Assembly (NCBI GenBank): GCA_030141605.1
Contig: JAQGDQ010000399.1
Coordinates: forward strand, 1 to 64,000
DNA: 64,000 nucleotides
Direction of reading: 5' to 3'
Source: Tubiluchus corallicola
Taxonomy: Eukaryota > Animalia > Priapulida
Numbering within the stretch: the stretch's first letter is position 1; each line of letters opens with the position of its first letter. Both the position numbers and the translations under genes were made by a program. The notes beneath the pieces are model-generated. The model saw nothing but the letters and a program-made list of their open reading frames with translations, had not been told where the DNA came from and ran no database searches. Shown piece after piece: positions 1 to 11,532 of the stretch.

Positions 1-249
1 AGGAAATGTCTATAACCAAAAAGAGAACTACAATTAACGTTTTTGCAATGAAAAGGCGAGAGCAATCCGTCACATTAACACAACAACCGTATTAATAATA
101 TTTAACAATGACAAATACAATAAGCTTTCCTAATATTCGTACAAAAACAAGAATTTATACAAGTGTCCTACCAGGTACCCATTCTTCTGATGATGACCTG
201 AAAGAGCAAATTGAACTCTTAATTGGAAATCATCATTACTTCAGAGTAT

Positions 250-1128
250 TGGGTGCTGAGAAAACAAAATTAGGACCCGACATTTTTATATTTGCTAGTT
301 GTCTCGGTTGAAGTGCAAAGGGCGTCTTCTAATGTCACCTTCTTTGTGAATGATGCTGGTCTAATTGCTTGCAAAACAAGATTTCAGAATAAGCACAGTT
401 TATTAACATCACAACCACTATTACTACCAAACTGTAAACTTGTAGAACTAATTGTGCAACATTTACACAAAGTTTATTGCCACGTTGGTGTATCACAGGT
501 TTTGGCAATTTTCCGCATCAACTACTGGCTGCCGAATGGGCGCAATATCATAAGAGCTATCCTAAGAAAATGTTTAACATGTAGAAGATATGAAGGTGGT
601 CCTTATTGCTCACCTCCATTTAAACAGTCACCCGATGAGTGCATGGTACCCTCTTGTCCCTACTCTTAAGTGGGAGTAGATTATATGGGGCCTATTTTGT
701 ATAAGAGTGGTACCTCTAAGAACTTGACAAAAAATCTTGAATAATGTTGTTCGACTGCTTGACAACTAGGACAGTTCATTTAGCTTTAGTTACTGACAAG
801 ACAGCAGAATCTGTAATACTAGTCTTGAGAAGGTTCATAGCTCGCTGTGGCTGTCCTAAAAAAATTCAGACAATGCGCCCACCTTTAAGCTAGTTCGAAA
901 TACCATGGATGTTCATTTTAATTCTGTATTGCATAGCAAGTTGTATCAAGAATTTGCTACTAAATCTGGTTTTTCATGGTCTTTCATTATCCCCAAAGCA
1001 TCACACCAAGGGGGTCATTATGAAAGACTTGTCGGTCTGGTAAAACGCACTCTCAGAAAAACAACATTGTGCAAACCCCTTCCTGGTGACTGTACTAGAA
1101 GAGATCCAGTACACCATCAAATCCAGAC
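250..1128 (+). pseudogene. Degenerate BEL/Pao retrotransposon pol fragment (integrase region), left part; interrupted by the younger element
   Basis: Broken ORFs contain the integrase HHCC (HKVYCHVG...CLTC), GVDYMGP, and WSFIIPKASHQGGHYERLVGLVK; stops and frameshifts throughout. Confidence 0.85.
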
Positions 1129-1397
1129 TGTAGTCACAGAAAACACTGTAAACAGAGGTTAATACCACTGAATGCTTTATTAACATAATTAGTATGTCCA
1201 GTATAACATAAATGTTCAACAGCTCCCATAAGTGGATTAACCTGACTGTTCAGAGCACAGGTGTGTAATGACAGACAGGTGACTAGCAGGTAACAAACAG
1301 AAAAGCTGGCCAAAACCAAAAGCTTTACATTCACGTCACAGATGGCGCCTCGTGCACGATAAGTAAGATTAACAAAAAGAATGCTAAGTCTGCTACA
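1129..1397 (-). repeat. 3' LTR
   Basis: Direct repeat of 8543-8811; TG...CA termini. Confidence 0.97.
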
Positions 1398-2151
1398 CCC
1401 GGCTCCTAATGAGCGCTTATAAAGTGGTCATTACAATAATCTGCTTGTAAGTCACTGTGCAATATTACATGAACTCTGAACAGTAACACTTAGATGCTAT
1501 TTAGTACAACTAAATATTTCAGTCAAAACTGAACAATCATACAGTTTGATAGTTAACACTATTCCAGTGAAACACTTTGAGTGAAATAATTCCAAACATG
1601 AAAGTTACAGATAAATACTGTTAGCTAAAGCACTACAAAGCAATGAATCAAATAACGAATCGATAATAAGATACGATGTAATAAAACAGAATCTGATGCG
1701 ATAGTGACACTTTGATAGCTTATAACAGTTAGCAAAGGCAAATGTCGTTCAATGCTAAGTTCTATGTAACACATCATATAAAATTTAGAATTACATTATC
1801 ACAAAGTTGGCATACTGCCAAGTGATAGAATTTAATGTTAATTTTGTCTGAAAGATTTAAGCAAATACTTGACATACATTTCAAATTACTGGCAATTAAT
1901 TTGGCAAAATTGTAAACTAAATCACACATTCATGAATAACACTTAATTCACAAAATTAACACAGAATCAAATTTTTCGCATAACAGCGAACTATTGCAGC
2001 ATCAAATTTAAATAACTAAATAATACAGGCAAGGTCATTTCTTACCAACAATACTGCAGTCATTAGGTCAATTAAACGTAACTATATATGACAAATATGA
2101 AATAATTCGTACTTTAGAATTAAAGTGTATATCAACACATTACACAGAATT

Positions 2152-5100
2152 TTACTCAGCTTCTTCGAGGAGACATAGCTTAGTTATTGGTCTTAGCAAT
2201 GTCGTAGATGGGGTCTTCACCATAACTGATCTCACGAGTCCATCCGGAGCTGGAAATACTTCGGTGATTCTGCCTGTTGTCCATTGATTCCGAGCAGCAT
2301 TCTCATCAACGACCAGAACCAAATCATTCTCTTTAAAGTTTCTTTTTACAGTCAGCCATTTCTGACGTTGTTGCAAGTTTGGAATGTATTCCTTGACCCA
2401 GCGGCGCCAGAAGATGTTGACGAGATACTGGCACTGCCTCCATCGCCTTTTCAGCATAGAGTCGTCTTTGCAGAAGATGCCTGGTGGCAAATTTGGGCAA
2501 GGTCGCTGTAGAATGAGGTCATTTGGCGTTAATGGTCTGAAGTCATTTGGGTCATTGGAAAACTCCGTTAAAGGTCTGTTGTTCATGATGAACTCGGCTT
2601 CAGCAATCAAAGTCAGCAAGACTTCATCAGTAATGGTTTGTTCCTTCGACAGTTGCCGGAAGATGCCACGGAAAGATCTGATACACCTTTCCCAAACACC
2701 ACCATGGTGACTGGCCCCTGCAGTGTTGAAGGTCCATTTTACACCCCTTTGCACCATATGCTTGTTTAATTTTTCTTCATTCCACAGTTGTAGAGCTTCA
2801 CGAAGTTTACGCTCACCACCAATGAAGTTTGTCCCTCTGTCAGTCCAGACTTCCAGCACCTCTCCTCTTCTACATATGATTCTTCGAAATGCGTTGATGA
2901 AGGAGTCGGTGTCAAGATTGTGCGTGATCTCTATATGAACAGCTCTGGTGGCCATGCATGTAGCAAGGCACCCATAGCGCTTGATGGTAGAACGGCCTTG
3001 TCTAACATATATCGGCCCGAAAAAGTCGATTCCTATTCTGGAAAATGGAGGATCGTATGGCTTAATCCTTGCAGTCGGAAGATCTGCCATTAACTGCTCG
3101 GCAGGCCGGGAGCGTTTTTTCTTGCATTTGAAGCACCGAGACAAAACTCTTCTTACTGCGCTTTTCCCCTTAATAATGTAATACTTCAGTCTCATCTGGG
3201 AAAGAACGTAGTCTCTGCCTAAATGAGCATATGATTCATGATAATATTGAATCAGCACGTCAGTTATGTGATGTTTGTAGGGAAGAATCAGTGGATATTT
3301 GTAACCATAGTTGAAGCTACCTCTGGTTAGTCTTCCATAAACTCTCAGTAGGCCTTCGGCATCCACGAAGGGTCTGATGCCATACAGAGGACTGGACTTT
3401 AGGTGATTCTTCTCTTTATTAAGTGATTCTTTATTACCTGGTAATGCGGGAGACATCAGTTTTATCTCTTCTCGAAATGCAATCTTCTGCACCAGATGAA
3501 TAATGGATTTCTCTGCTTCTTCCAGATCACCATATCGCAGATGCTTCCCTATCTTTCCATGGTAACCTGTTCCCTTGTTCTTCAAGTAATGCTTATACTT
3601 GATGAACCAAGCTACAGAATTACGGAGTTTTTCCCATGAAGAGAAATAAGTTAGCAACTCGTCTATTGGCTCTTCTTGGATGGCCAAGTTGATCTGCACT
3701 TTCTTCACTTCTTCATGGTCATCAGGTACTGGGAATAGTGTTGGCTGTGCTGGCCCCTCAGCTTCTGTTTTCCAGAGAAAAGGAGGACCCTTGAACCATC
3801 TGTGGTCTGCAGATAGCTGTTCTGCCTTTATGCCTCTTGTTATGTCATCTGCAACATTCTGCGAAGAACTGACATACCGCCATTGACTAACATCTGAACC
3901 ACAATGAATCTCAGCGAGTCTATTGGCCACATACACTTGGAACCTCTTCTTTTCATTTTGGATGAATTTCAAAACTGATGTTGAATCAGTCCAGAAAACA
4001 ACAGCATCTATTTTGATGTCCAAAGCTTCTAGAATTGTTTTGTTCATTCTGACAGCAATAACTGAAGCTTGCAATTCTAATCTCGGCACAGTTTGTGTTT
4101 TCAGAGGAGCTACTCTGCTCTTAGCTGTTAGCAGACAACAATGAATCTGTCCCTGCTGATTAACAAACCGAACATAGGAGCATACTCCATAGGCATCATT
4201 CGAGGCATCACTAAAATGATGCAGTTGGGTGGATGCAACAGGTCCGAAATTGATGAGCTTGATACATCTCGGAATTTTCAGGTCATTAAGACTGCTCAAG
4301 CTAGTAGTCCACTTTAGCCACTTAGCTTCTAGATCATCTGGGATATGCTCATCCCAATTAAGCTTTAGCTTGCACAAGTGCTGGAGTAAGACCTTGGCTG
4401 GTAGAATCACAGCACATAAGAAACCCAAAGGATCAAACAATGATGATGTCTCAGACAGGATACCTCGCCTTGTGGTAGGTTTGCCCTTCAGAACAGACTT
4501 GAATTGAAATACATCATCTTGAGTGTTCCATCTAATTCCAAGGGCACTCTCTATTGGTGGATCAGCTAGCTTCTGTTGCAAGTCCAGAATAGGTTTGGCT
4601 CTTTCAGATTCCGGAATTTCTTTGATAACAGCCTCTCTGTTACTAAGGAACTTTGTCAAGTGGAAACCGCCTCTCTGCAGTAGTTCCGTGAGGCTATTTG
4701 CTAGTCTTACTGCTTCATACTCTGTGCTGACAGACTTTAACAGATCGTCAACATAAAAATTGTTCTTTACAGCATACAGTGTTGCAGCATCAAAATCATG
4801 AGCATTGTCATCAGCTGTCTTTCTGACTGCCAGATTGGCACAAAATGGTGATGAGATACAATCAAACAAGTGAACAGACATGTGGTAGTCTACTGGACTG
4901 TCGCCAATCTGAGCGCCATCATCATACCACAAGAATCTCAGCATGTCATACTGTGAAGGATCTACGAGGACCTGGTTGAACATGCCCTCGGTGTCTGCAC
5001 AAATAGCAACTTCATGCTCTCGGAACCGTAGCAATACATCTAATAAATTTGATGTCAGATTCGGTCCAGACATTATAACATCATTCAGAGATATGCCATT

Positions 5101-6069
5101 GCACTTGCAGGAGCAATTAAAAACAACACGGATCTTGTTTGGCTTCCTAGGGTGAAATACTCCATGGTGGGGTAAATACCAGTATATGGGATTCTTACCA
5201 TCACCATCTTGACGAACTCCAGAATATTCTTCATCTACCTGCTTTGCGTAGCCTTTCTGGATATTGTCACTCATGGCCTTCTTATATAGTTCCATGTAAT
5301 CGCTATCCTTTTCAAATTTCCTTTCCAGCATTAAGAAGTTTCTTAAGGCTACATGCCTGTTGTTAGGCAATTCAGGTGGATCTTGACGAAATGGAATCTT
5401 AAACTGGTAATGTCCATCAATGAGCTGTGCAGAATCAGTAGTAACTTTTAATGCCTGTGCATCTTCTACTGACATGCCAACCTTTGCCTCTCTGACAACA
5501 CCACAGGAATCCATTTCCCAAAACTTTTGAACTTGTTTAAGCAACATATCACCATCCTCAGTCTTCGTGTAATTGCTAGTGCACTGCAAACTATTTGATG
5601 TTCCTACCAATATGGACCAGCCCAGCGGACCTCTAACTGCTATGGGTTCATCATTACTACCTGATCTTGTCTCATAGACTAGAAAACATCGCGTTGCATT
5701 TGTGCCTATCATTAGCGTAACCTCATTGATGTCAGCTGTGTAGAACGGAATGGACTTCAAGTGCTCAAAGGTGTTCAGCTCCACCCTTTTTGGACACTTT
5801 GTGGAACTCAAATTTAAACCATTCATAGCTGCTACACTTGGTAATTTGATATACTCATCGCAGTCGATTCCAGACACTAGCAAGTCAATTTTCTCAACTT
5901 GACGCTGCTCTTTTCCACACACAGTAGTTATGGACACTGTACCTTTGGAACCTTCAACATTGAGGTATTGCAGAAGCTTTTGCTCACAAAGGCAAGAGCT
6001 TGAACAACTGTCCAGCATTGCTAATGTTGTAACAGTTCTACCGTTCAATTCCGACTTAACAGTTACAGG
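2152..6069 (-). CDS. pol: BEL/Pao Pol (aspartic protease, RT, RNase H, integrase); separated from gag by lesions
   Basis: LDSCS protease motif; YLPHHGV, YVDD RT; FSDAS / ELQA / TDS RNase H; HESYAH..CFKC; IDFFGP, TDRGTNF, WER DDE integrase; RPITKLCLLE C-terminus typical of Pao. Confidence 0.93.
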   Translation of the reverse strand, partial: PVTVKSELNGRTVTTLAMLDSCSSSCLCEQKLLQYLNVEGSKGTVSITTVCGKEQRQVEKIDLLVSGIDCDEYIKLPSVAAMNGLNLSSTKCPKRVELNTFEHLKSIPFYTADINEVTLMIGTNATRCFLVYETRSGSNDEPIAVRGPLGWSILVGTSNSLQCTSNYTKTEDGDMLLKQVQKFWEMDSCGVVREAKVGMSVEDAQALKVTTDSAQLIDGHYQFKIPFRQDPPELPNNRHVALRNFLMLERKFEKDSDYMELYKKAMSDNIQKGYAKQVDEEYSGVRQDGDGKNPIYWYLPHHGVFHPRKPNKIRVVFNCSCKCNGISLNDVIMSGPNLTSNLLDVLLRFREHEVAICADTEGMFNQVLVDPSQYDMLRFLWYDDGAQIGDSPVDYHMSVHLFDCISSPFCANLAVRKTADDNAHDFDAATLYAVKNNFYVDDLLKSVSTEYEAVRLANSLTELLQRGGFHLTKFLSNREAVIKEIPESERAKPILDLQQKLADPPIESALGIRWNTQDDVFQFKSVLKGKPTTRRGILSETSSLFDPLGFLCAVILPAKVLLQHLCKLKLNWDEHIPDDLEAKWLKWTTSLSSLNDLKIPRCIKLINFGPVASTQLHHFSDASNDAYGVCSYVRFVNQQGQIHCCLLTAKSRVAPLKTQTVPRLELQASVIAVRMNKTILEALDIKIDAVVFWTDSTSVLKFIQNEKKRFQVYVANRLAEIHCGSDVSQWRYVSSSQNVADDITRGIKAEQLSADHRWFKGPPFLWKTEAEGPAQPTLFPVPDDHEEVKKVQINLAIQEEPIDELLTYFSSWEKLRNSVAWFIKYKHYLKNKGTGYHGKIGKHLRYGDLEEAEKSIIHLVQKIAFREEIKLMSPALPGNKESLNKEKNHLKSSPLYGIRPFVDAEGLLRVYGRLTRGSFNYGYKYPLILPYKHHITDVLIQYYHESYAHLGRDYVLSQMRLKYYIIKGKSAVRRVLSRCFKCKKKRSRPAEQLMADLPTARIKPYDPPFSRIGIDFFGPIYVRQGRSTIKRYGCLATCMATRAVHIEITHNLDTDSFINAFRRIICRRGEVLEVWTDRGTNFIGGERKLREALQLWNEEKLNKHMVQRGVKWTFNTAGASHHGGVWERCIRSFRGIFRQLSKEQTITDEVLLTLIAEAEFIMNNRPLTEFSNDPNDFRPLTPNDLILQRPCPNLPPGIFCKDDSMLKRRWRQCQYLVNIFWRRWVKEYIPNLQQRQKWLTVKRNFKENDLVLVVDENAARNQWTTGRITEVFPAPDGLVRSVMVKTPSTTLLRPITKLCLLEEAE

Positions 6070-6344
6070 AACACTTGTAGAAAACAGCCAGGATCGACAA
6101 ACTGTGTAGAATTACAACTCCTCAATTCTGGTACATTACGATTCTCAGTCTCAGTGACTTCAGCGACCACTACAGTACCAGTACCTCCAGAGTGGTCATC
6201 GATTTTACTTGGCCCGGCTCCGTTTGGCGGATTGTATGAAACACTAGGTGTCTTTTGCTGCCCTGGTTGTTGTCGTCTTTCGGTTATGCCACCACGACCA
6301 AACCTCGGTAATGGATGCAACATTTGGTGATGCTTTGTGCGTGT

Positions 6345-8339
6345 TTAACAGTTCGTGTCTTTGCACTTCATTCCTAGAGGGCACATCTTCGATCTATGAT
6401 CTGGCTTAAAGCAATTTATGCAAAGCTTCTTTTTAAAAACAAATTGGAATCTGTCATCGGTAACATTCTTCTTAAAATCAGTGCAGTCTTCCAAACTGTG
6501 GTCTCTAAGACACATTGGACATTTAGCATTTTGCCTTGCCAATTCGGTGTTGAAGACCTTTGTACTTTTGCTCCTTTCCATCCTTTTCCCAGAAACACCT
6601 CTAGAGGATAATTGTTTGCTGCTCTCAAATATGTCACCGAAGACTGGGTGGTTGCTTGCTTTGGCCTTCTTGCAAACGAAATACACTAAATCTGCAAATG
6701 TGGCTTCCTTAATATGATGTTGATTATTAGAGTCATCTTCTTCAGTGAGCGTACTTAACCACTGGCTTCGCCATTGCATTGGTAACCGCCTCACAATCTT
6801 CTTTAAATTATCAGAAGCATTAATATCCGCGTGATAACCTAGACGCCCTAAAGCATCTCGGCAATCAACCAGTTTATCAGCATAATCTTGAAGCCCTTTC
6901 CTGTCACTGACCTTGAACTCTGGTCCATCAATTAATCCATTAATGTATGCTCGGGCTATCACATAAGGAGAGCCAAAACGCTCTTCCAAAAGCTTCTTTG
7001 CTTTCAAGAAGCCTTCACTTGGTTGCAGCGTCACACAGTTTTTAATCAGCTCATAAGCCTTACCAGTTGTATATCGTTGTAAGAAGTGCAATTTTTCTCC
7101 ATCGTCGATGCATTTTGATTCAACATTGGCCTCAAATGAGCATAGAAAACGATGATAATCAGTTGGATCGCCATTAAATTCAGTTAGCGCTGATGCAGGT
7201 AAAGAAAAACCTCGTTTTATTGCATCTGCCATCTCCCTGATAACATTGACATTAGATGCAGATGGTGTATTCCTCACCTGGGCATCGTCAAGACAGTCGT
7301 ACGTTACATGTCCTTCTGCAACTTGAGCCCCGTCAACAACACGAGAAGTTGGGTTCACATGAACGAGTGTGTCTGCACTTGTGAATGCACCTGCATTCAT
7401 TGCTGTTTGTCTGGCTTTATCCTGGGAACGCCCTTGGGATCTGTGGTGGGCAGTTCCATGTGCAGGTGTCATGTGAGACAAGTGTGAATGCAACTCAACT
7501 GAATTTGCATCTCTTTCTTCTTCCTGCAAAATTCGCAAACTCTCTGTTGCTATCTTAAAATCAGTCTCTGCTCTAAGTTTTTCACACTCTTGTTCAATTT
7601 TCAACTGTTGTTGTCTTAGCACTTGTTCACTTTGCAACTGTTGTTGTTTTAGCATTTGTTCACCTTGCAACTGTTGTTGTTTTAGCATTTGTTCACCTTG
7701 CAACTGTTCAAGCTTTAGTTTTGCGTTATAGGCATCCACCTTTATTTTAGCGCTTGAACTCACGCTGCGTCGCGAGTTTGCCTGTGATGAGCGTGTGAGG
7801 GCGGATCCATGATCGCTACCCGGTGGTGCGGGCACTTCCGGTGGCTTGAGTGAATGCAAACGGGCGGATCCATGATCACTACCAGGAGAGGGTGCTGCAT
7901 GTGGGCTTGGTTGCCATTTCTGTTGTAGATACGCCTCCACGTTTGCTTGCACGGCACTGTACTCACAGCTTTTGCCATCCATGTACTCACATATTTCATC
8001 TAATTCACATTGTTCAGTCACTAATTGCTTCAAAGTCTCACAAGTGTTTAGAACCTCCTCATAGGCCTTTGTTAATGAATCGGCCTTTTCCTTTATTAGT
8101 TCAAAATCGGCATTCTGTCGTAGTAGTGACTTCAAAACATTAATCAGTCTTGTCATGTAGGCCACTTGACCTGACCTAGTTCTTTTTAACTTTTTAATAT
8201 TCTCAGACGGCATTAGAAATTGTTGCCAATCAGGAATTGCAGTAGTACCAGTGACAGTAGATTCAGTTTCCAGTGGGTTACTCTCATCACTAATACTATC
8301 TGCGTGCTGAGAAAGTTCCTTCTTTCCAGACTGTGACAT
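6345..8339 (-). CDS. gag: BEL/Pao Gag (coiled-coil region, EFNGDPTDY core, Cys/His knuckles); premature stop
   Basis: ORF 6345-8414, likely ATG at 8339 (MSQSGKK); CPMCLRDHSLEDC, CINCFKPDHRSKMC, and a third knuckle CKDTNC*TRTKHHQMLH split by an in-frame TAA; 11-aa QQQLQGEQMLK repeats. Confidence 0.9.
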   Translation of the reverse strand: MSQSGKKELSQHADSISDESNPLETESTVTGTTAIPDWQQFLMPSENIKKLKRTRSGQVAYMTRLINVLKSLLRQNADFELIKEKADSLTKAYEEVLNTCETLKQLVTEQCELDEICEYMDGKSCEYSAVQANVEAYLQQKWQPSPHAAPSPGSDHGSARLHSLKPPEVPAPPGSDHGSALTRSSQANSRRSVSSSAKIKVDAYNAKLKLEQLQGEQMLKQQQLQGEQMLKQQQLQSEQVLRQQQLKIEQECEKLRAETDFKIATESLRILQEEERDANSVELHSHLSHMTPAHGTAHHRSQGRSQDKARQTAMNAGAFTSADTLVHVNPTSRVVDGAQVAEGHVTYDCLDDAQVRNTPSASNVNVIREMADAIKRGFSLPASALTEFNGDPTDYHRFLCSFEANVESKCIDDGEKLHFLQRYTTGKAYELIKNCVTLQPSEGFLKAKKLLEERFGSPYVIARAYINGLIDGPEFKVSDRKGLQDYADKLVDCRDALGRLGYHADINASDNLKKIVRRLPMQWRSQWLSTLTEEDDSNNQHHIKEATFADLVYFVCKKAKASNHPVFGDIFESSKQLSSRGVSGKRMERSKSTKVFNTELARQNAKCPMCLRDHSLEDCTDFKKNVTDDRFQFVFKKKLCINCFKPDHRSKMCPLGMKCKDTNC

Positions 8340-8542
8340 TATTATTTCCACACAGCAGTCTAAAGTTTTACAGCAACGTAGCAGTAGTTGTCCTACAATC
8401 AGTGTTAACAGCAAAGTAGGTCAAGCTCAGAGTTGTGTACCTGTATAGGCTACAGCATGGCTTCTAATCCTCCACAGTTCACTGTTGTAAAAAATAAACT
8501 TTCCACAGCAAATGTCAGCATAATAGTTAATCAGGTTAATGA

Positions 8543-8811
8543 TGTAGTCACAGAAAACACTGTAAACAGAGGTTAATACCACTGAATGCTTTATTAACAT
8601 AATTAGTATGTCCAGTATAACATAAATGTTCAACAGCTCCCATAAGTGGATTAACCTGACTGTTCAGAGCACAGGTGTGTAATGACAGACAGGTGACTAG
8701 CAGGTAACAAACAGAAAAGCTGGCCAAAACCAAAAGCTTTACATTCACGTCACAGATGGCGCCTCGTGCACGATAAGTAAGATTAACAAAAAGAATGCTA
8801 AGTCTGCTACA
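8543..8811 (-). repeat. 5' LTR
   Basis: Direct repeat of 1129-1397; contains an Inr-like CAGT near 8661 and AATAAA near 8590-8595 on the minus strand. Confidence 0.97.
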
Positions 8812-8880
8812 CAGACCACTCTGTTATGTTGACTCATCCACGTTAGAAGCATTGTCCACCTGGCATCCAAGACCTTGAAA
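8812..8880 (+). pseudogene. Continuation of the older BEL/Pao integrase after the nested insertion
   Basis: Removing the element and one TSD copy restores ...KSRPLCYVDSSTLEALSTWH, the (N)SRPL...ALTP-like integrase motif. Confidence 0.75.
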
Positions 8881-9042
8881 GAAATGTGTGCAATGAACCA
8901 GATTTCCAACCAACAATAAAAACATTAATTTTGTTAGATATGTTGTTAATATAGCACGTGTACCGCTCCCTTCTTCTGTAAGACAGCTTTTTCAAATTTT
9001 CCCTTTTTTCAACCCGCAGTAGGGATTATTATGAGTTTAAGA

Positions 9043-9495
<453 letters not shown>

Positions 9496-10024
9496 CCCCC
9501 CCCGGTAAAATCGGCTCGTTCGCCTATGGGCTAAACTGCCTAGTTTGTCTTAATGATAGAGTCTGCATTGTATGTTTGAGGTTAATTCAATCACGTCTTC
9601 TGACTTGATTTATCGTTGGAATTCAAATTTGTAAAGGCTAAACAACATCAATAACAAAAAAAAATCACACTCGTTGTTTTTGTGTTTTTCCACTTTTATT
9701 GCAGGATTACATACAATCATATTGGCCTTGATATTGTCACAATTGCTTGACACAAACAGATCAGTTCAACGCTTTAAACTCTTAACTCTTTCACTTCATT
9801 TTCAAAAGTTTGGAGGCTTTCAAATTCTCGTCTAAATGAGAAGGCAAGAGACAGTTTTTGTTCAAATACCATCTAAACGCTATGACATGATGTCTTGCTA
9901 ACTTGCTTTGAAGAACTTTTGTGATTTTTTTATGCTACGTTAGTACTACCGTGGTTTTAACAATTGAGTTCATTCTTTATGTAACTTTCATTCATTACTA
10001 ACAGTAACCTTGAAGTGATTTGCC

Positions 10025-10807
10025 TTATTGTCTAGGGACATTCCTAAAGGGACGGTACAGTGGTCTCCTTGGTCGTCGCTCTTCCACAACCGTGACCACA
10101 GGAGGACGTCGTTCCTCAACCTCGAAGGTAAATGGTCGCCTCTCCTCGACCACCTCCACACGACGTGGTCGTCTCTCTTCGACCACCTCCACACGACGTG
10201 GTCGTCTCTCTTCGACCACCTCCACACGACGTGCTGGTCGTCTCTCTTCGACTACATCAACTCGACGAGCAGTTGGTGGTAAGATGGATTTTGGCCCAGA
10301 ATGTGGCACCGGAAGTGGATCATATCTGGCAGGTTGGAACTCCAAAAATGGCGCTCTCTCGTAACCGTAGGCAGCACCCCGTTCTGAGCTGCCTTCTCCT
10401 GAAGCTTCTTGAGTGTACCGCTGCGTGGCGTCCTGGGAAGCTTCCCGAGATGCGCTCAACTCGATGCCGGCTTCTCCAGATCCCGATCCGGTTCTTTCAG
10501 ACTCGCTGGCTTCGCTCTGTTTGGCGTAGCCGGACCGGTACCTTGATCCGATGACGACTTGGTCTCTTGATGAAATTCTTGACTCATCTGGTGCCTCAGC
10601 TGCAGCAACATCACGCCAAACGTTGAAGTTAAAAGCATCAACGTCGACGTAAAGATGCCCGAAAGCGTCAACGCCAAAGTCAGAAGCGTCAAAATTTGCA
10701 AAGTTGAGCGGATCGATATCCCCTCTAACGCCACCTCTCCTGTAATTTTCCTGACTGAAGCAACCCAGGATGCATCCCAGTAAAACTGCCAACACTAGGC
10801 TCTTCAT
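10025..10807 (-). CDS. Secreted protein paralog A (260 aa): signal peptide, shared core domain, VEVVEERRP repeats
   Basis: MKSLVLAVLLGCILGCFS|Q; acceptor TTTGCAG one base before the ATG; core FGVDAFGHLYVDVDAFNFNVWR...VIGSRYRSGY...GSGSGEAGIELSAS...GAAYGYER...HSGPKS shared with B and C; AATAAA at 9695-9700. Confidence 0.9.
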   Translation of the reverse strand: MKSLVLAVLLGCILGCFSQENYRRGGVRGDIDPLNFANFDASDFGVDAFGHLYVDVDAFNFNVWRDVAAAEAPDESRISSRDQVVIGSRYRSGYAKQSEASESERTGSGSGEAGIELSASREASQDATQRYTQEASGEGSSERGAAYGYERAPFLEFQPARYDPLPVPHSGPKSILPPTARRVDVVEERRPARRVEVVEERRPRRVEVVEERRPRRVEVVEERRPFTFEVEERRPPVVTVVEERRPRRPLYRPFRNVPRQ

Positions 10808-11429
10808 CCTGCAAATTAATATACATGGACGTTAATTATCATCATATATTATATTGTTATATATTATGCTATGTATGTATGTAGTTTATTAACTAAAACA
10901 AGTTACATGTATACACGAGGAACGAGGTAAATGCCACAATCGATACATTAGCGATTTTAGTCCAAATGTCACTTTTCCTACTCAAGGTTATAGCATTAAA
11001 AACAGTGTTATGCATACAAGGTACATCAGCATAAAAGTTGCAAAATTTCATAACATATTATATAACAATTAGGGTGCTCAAAGAAGTGAGTTAAATCAGC
11101 AAAGTTTACATTGTCGTAGCGGTTTCTAATATTTGATGTTAGGGGGCGTGTCTGTATAACGTGTTTCTCAGTTTGAATGTCCCCACAAGGACATAACCTA
11201 TTTTCCCTTGGCTGTCTCGCCTATCTACCCGATTCTATCCGCAGCCTATGTGACTGAAGACGCATTCTTGTGAAGCTTATCAGATGATGCTCAAATATTG
11301 TCGATTCAAACCTAGGAATTTCGAGACCGGGGTTCAATTCCAAGTAGGTTACACAACGTGAAGAATTAACCCGATTCCCTATGTGCTGTTCCAACAAAAC
11401 TCTCTGCTGAGATAGATACATGATGAGTG

Positions 11430-11461
<32 letters not shown>

Positions 11462-11486
11462 TGCGTGTGTGTGTGTGTGTGTGTGT

Positions 11487-11532
<46 letters not shown>

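Larger units (their letters stand above)
1129..8811 (-). mobile_element. Full-length BEL/Pao LTR retrotransposon (7683 bp)
   Basis: 269-bp LTRs (TGT...ACA) at 1129-1397 and 8543-8811, identical by eye; TSD CAGAC at 1124-1128 and 8812-8816; purine-rich tract AGGAGCCGGG before the 3' LTR; gag-PR-RT-RH-IN order. Confidence 0.97.

Noticed and set aside
2284-5155. Many short plus-strand ORFs over pol
   Set aside because: Antisense shadows of the retrotransposon ORF with no independent motifs.
11300-11350. tRNA-like B-box GGGGTTCAATTCC
   Set aside because: No cloverleaf or A-box that I can build; at most a SINE remnant.
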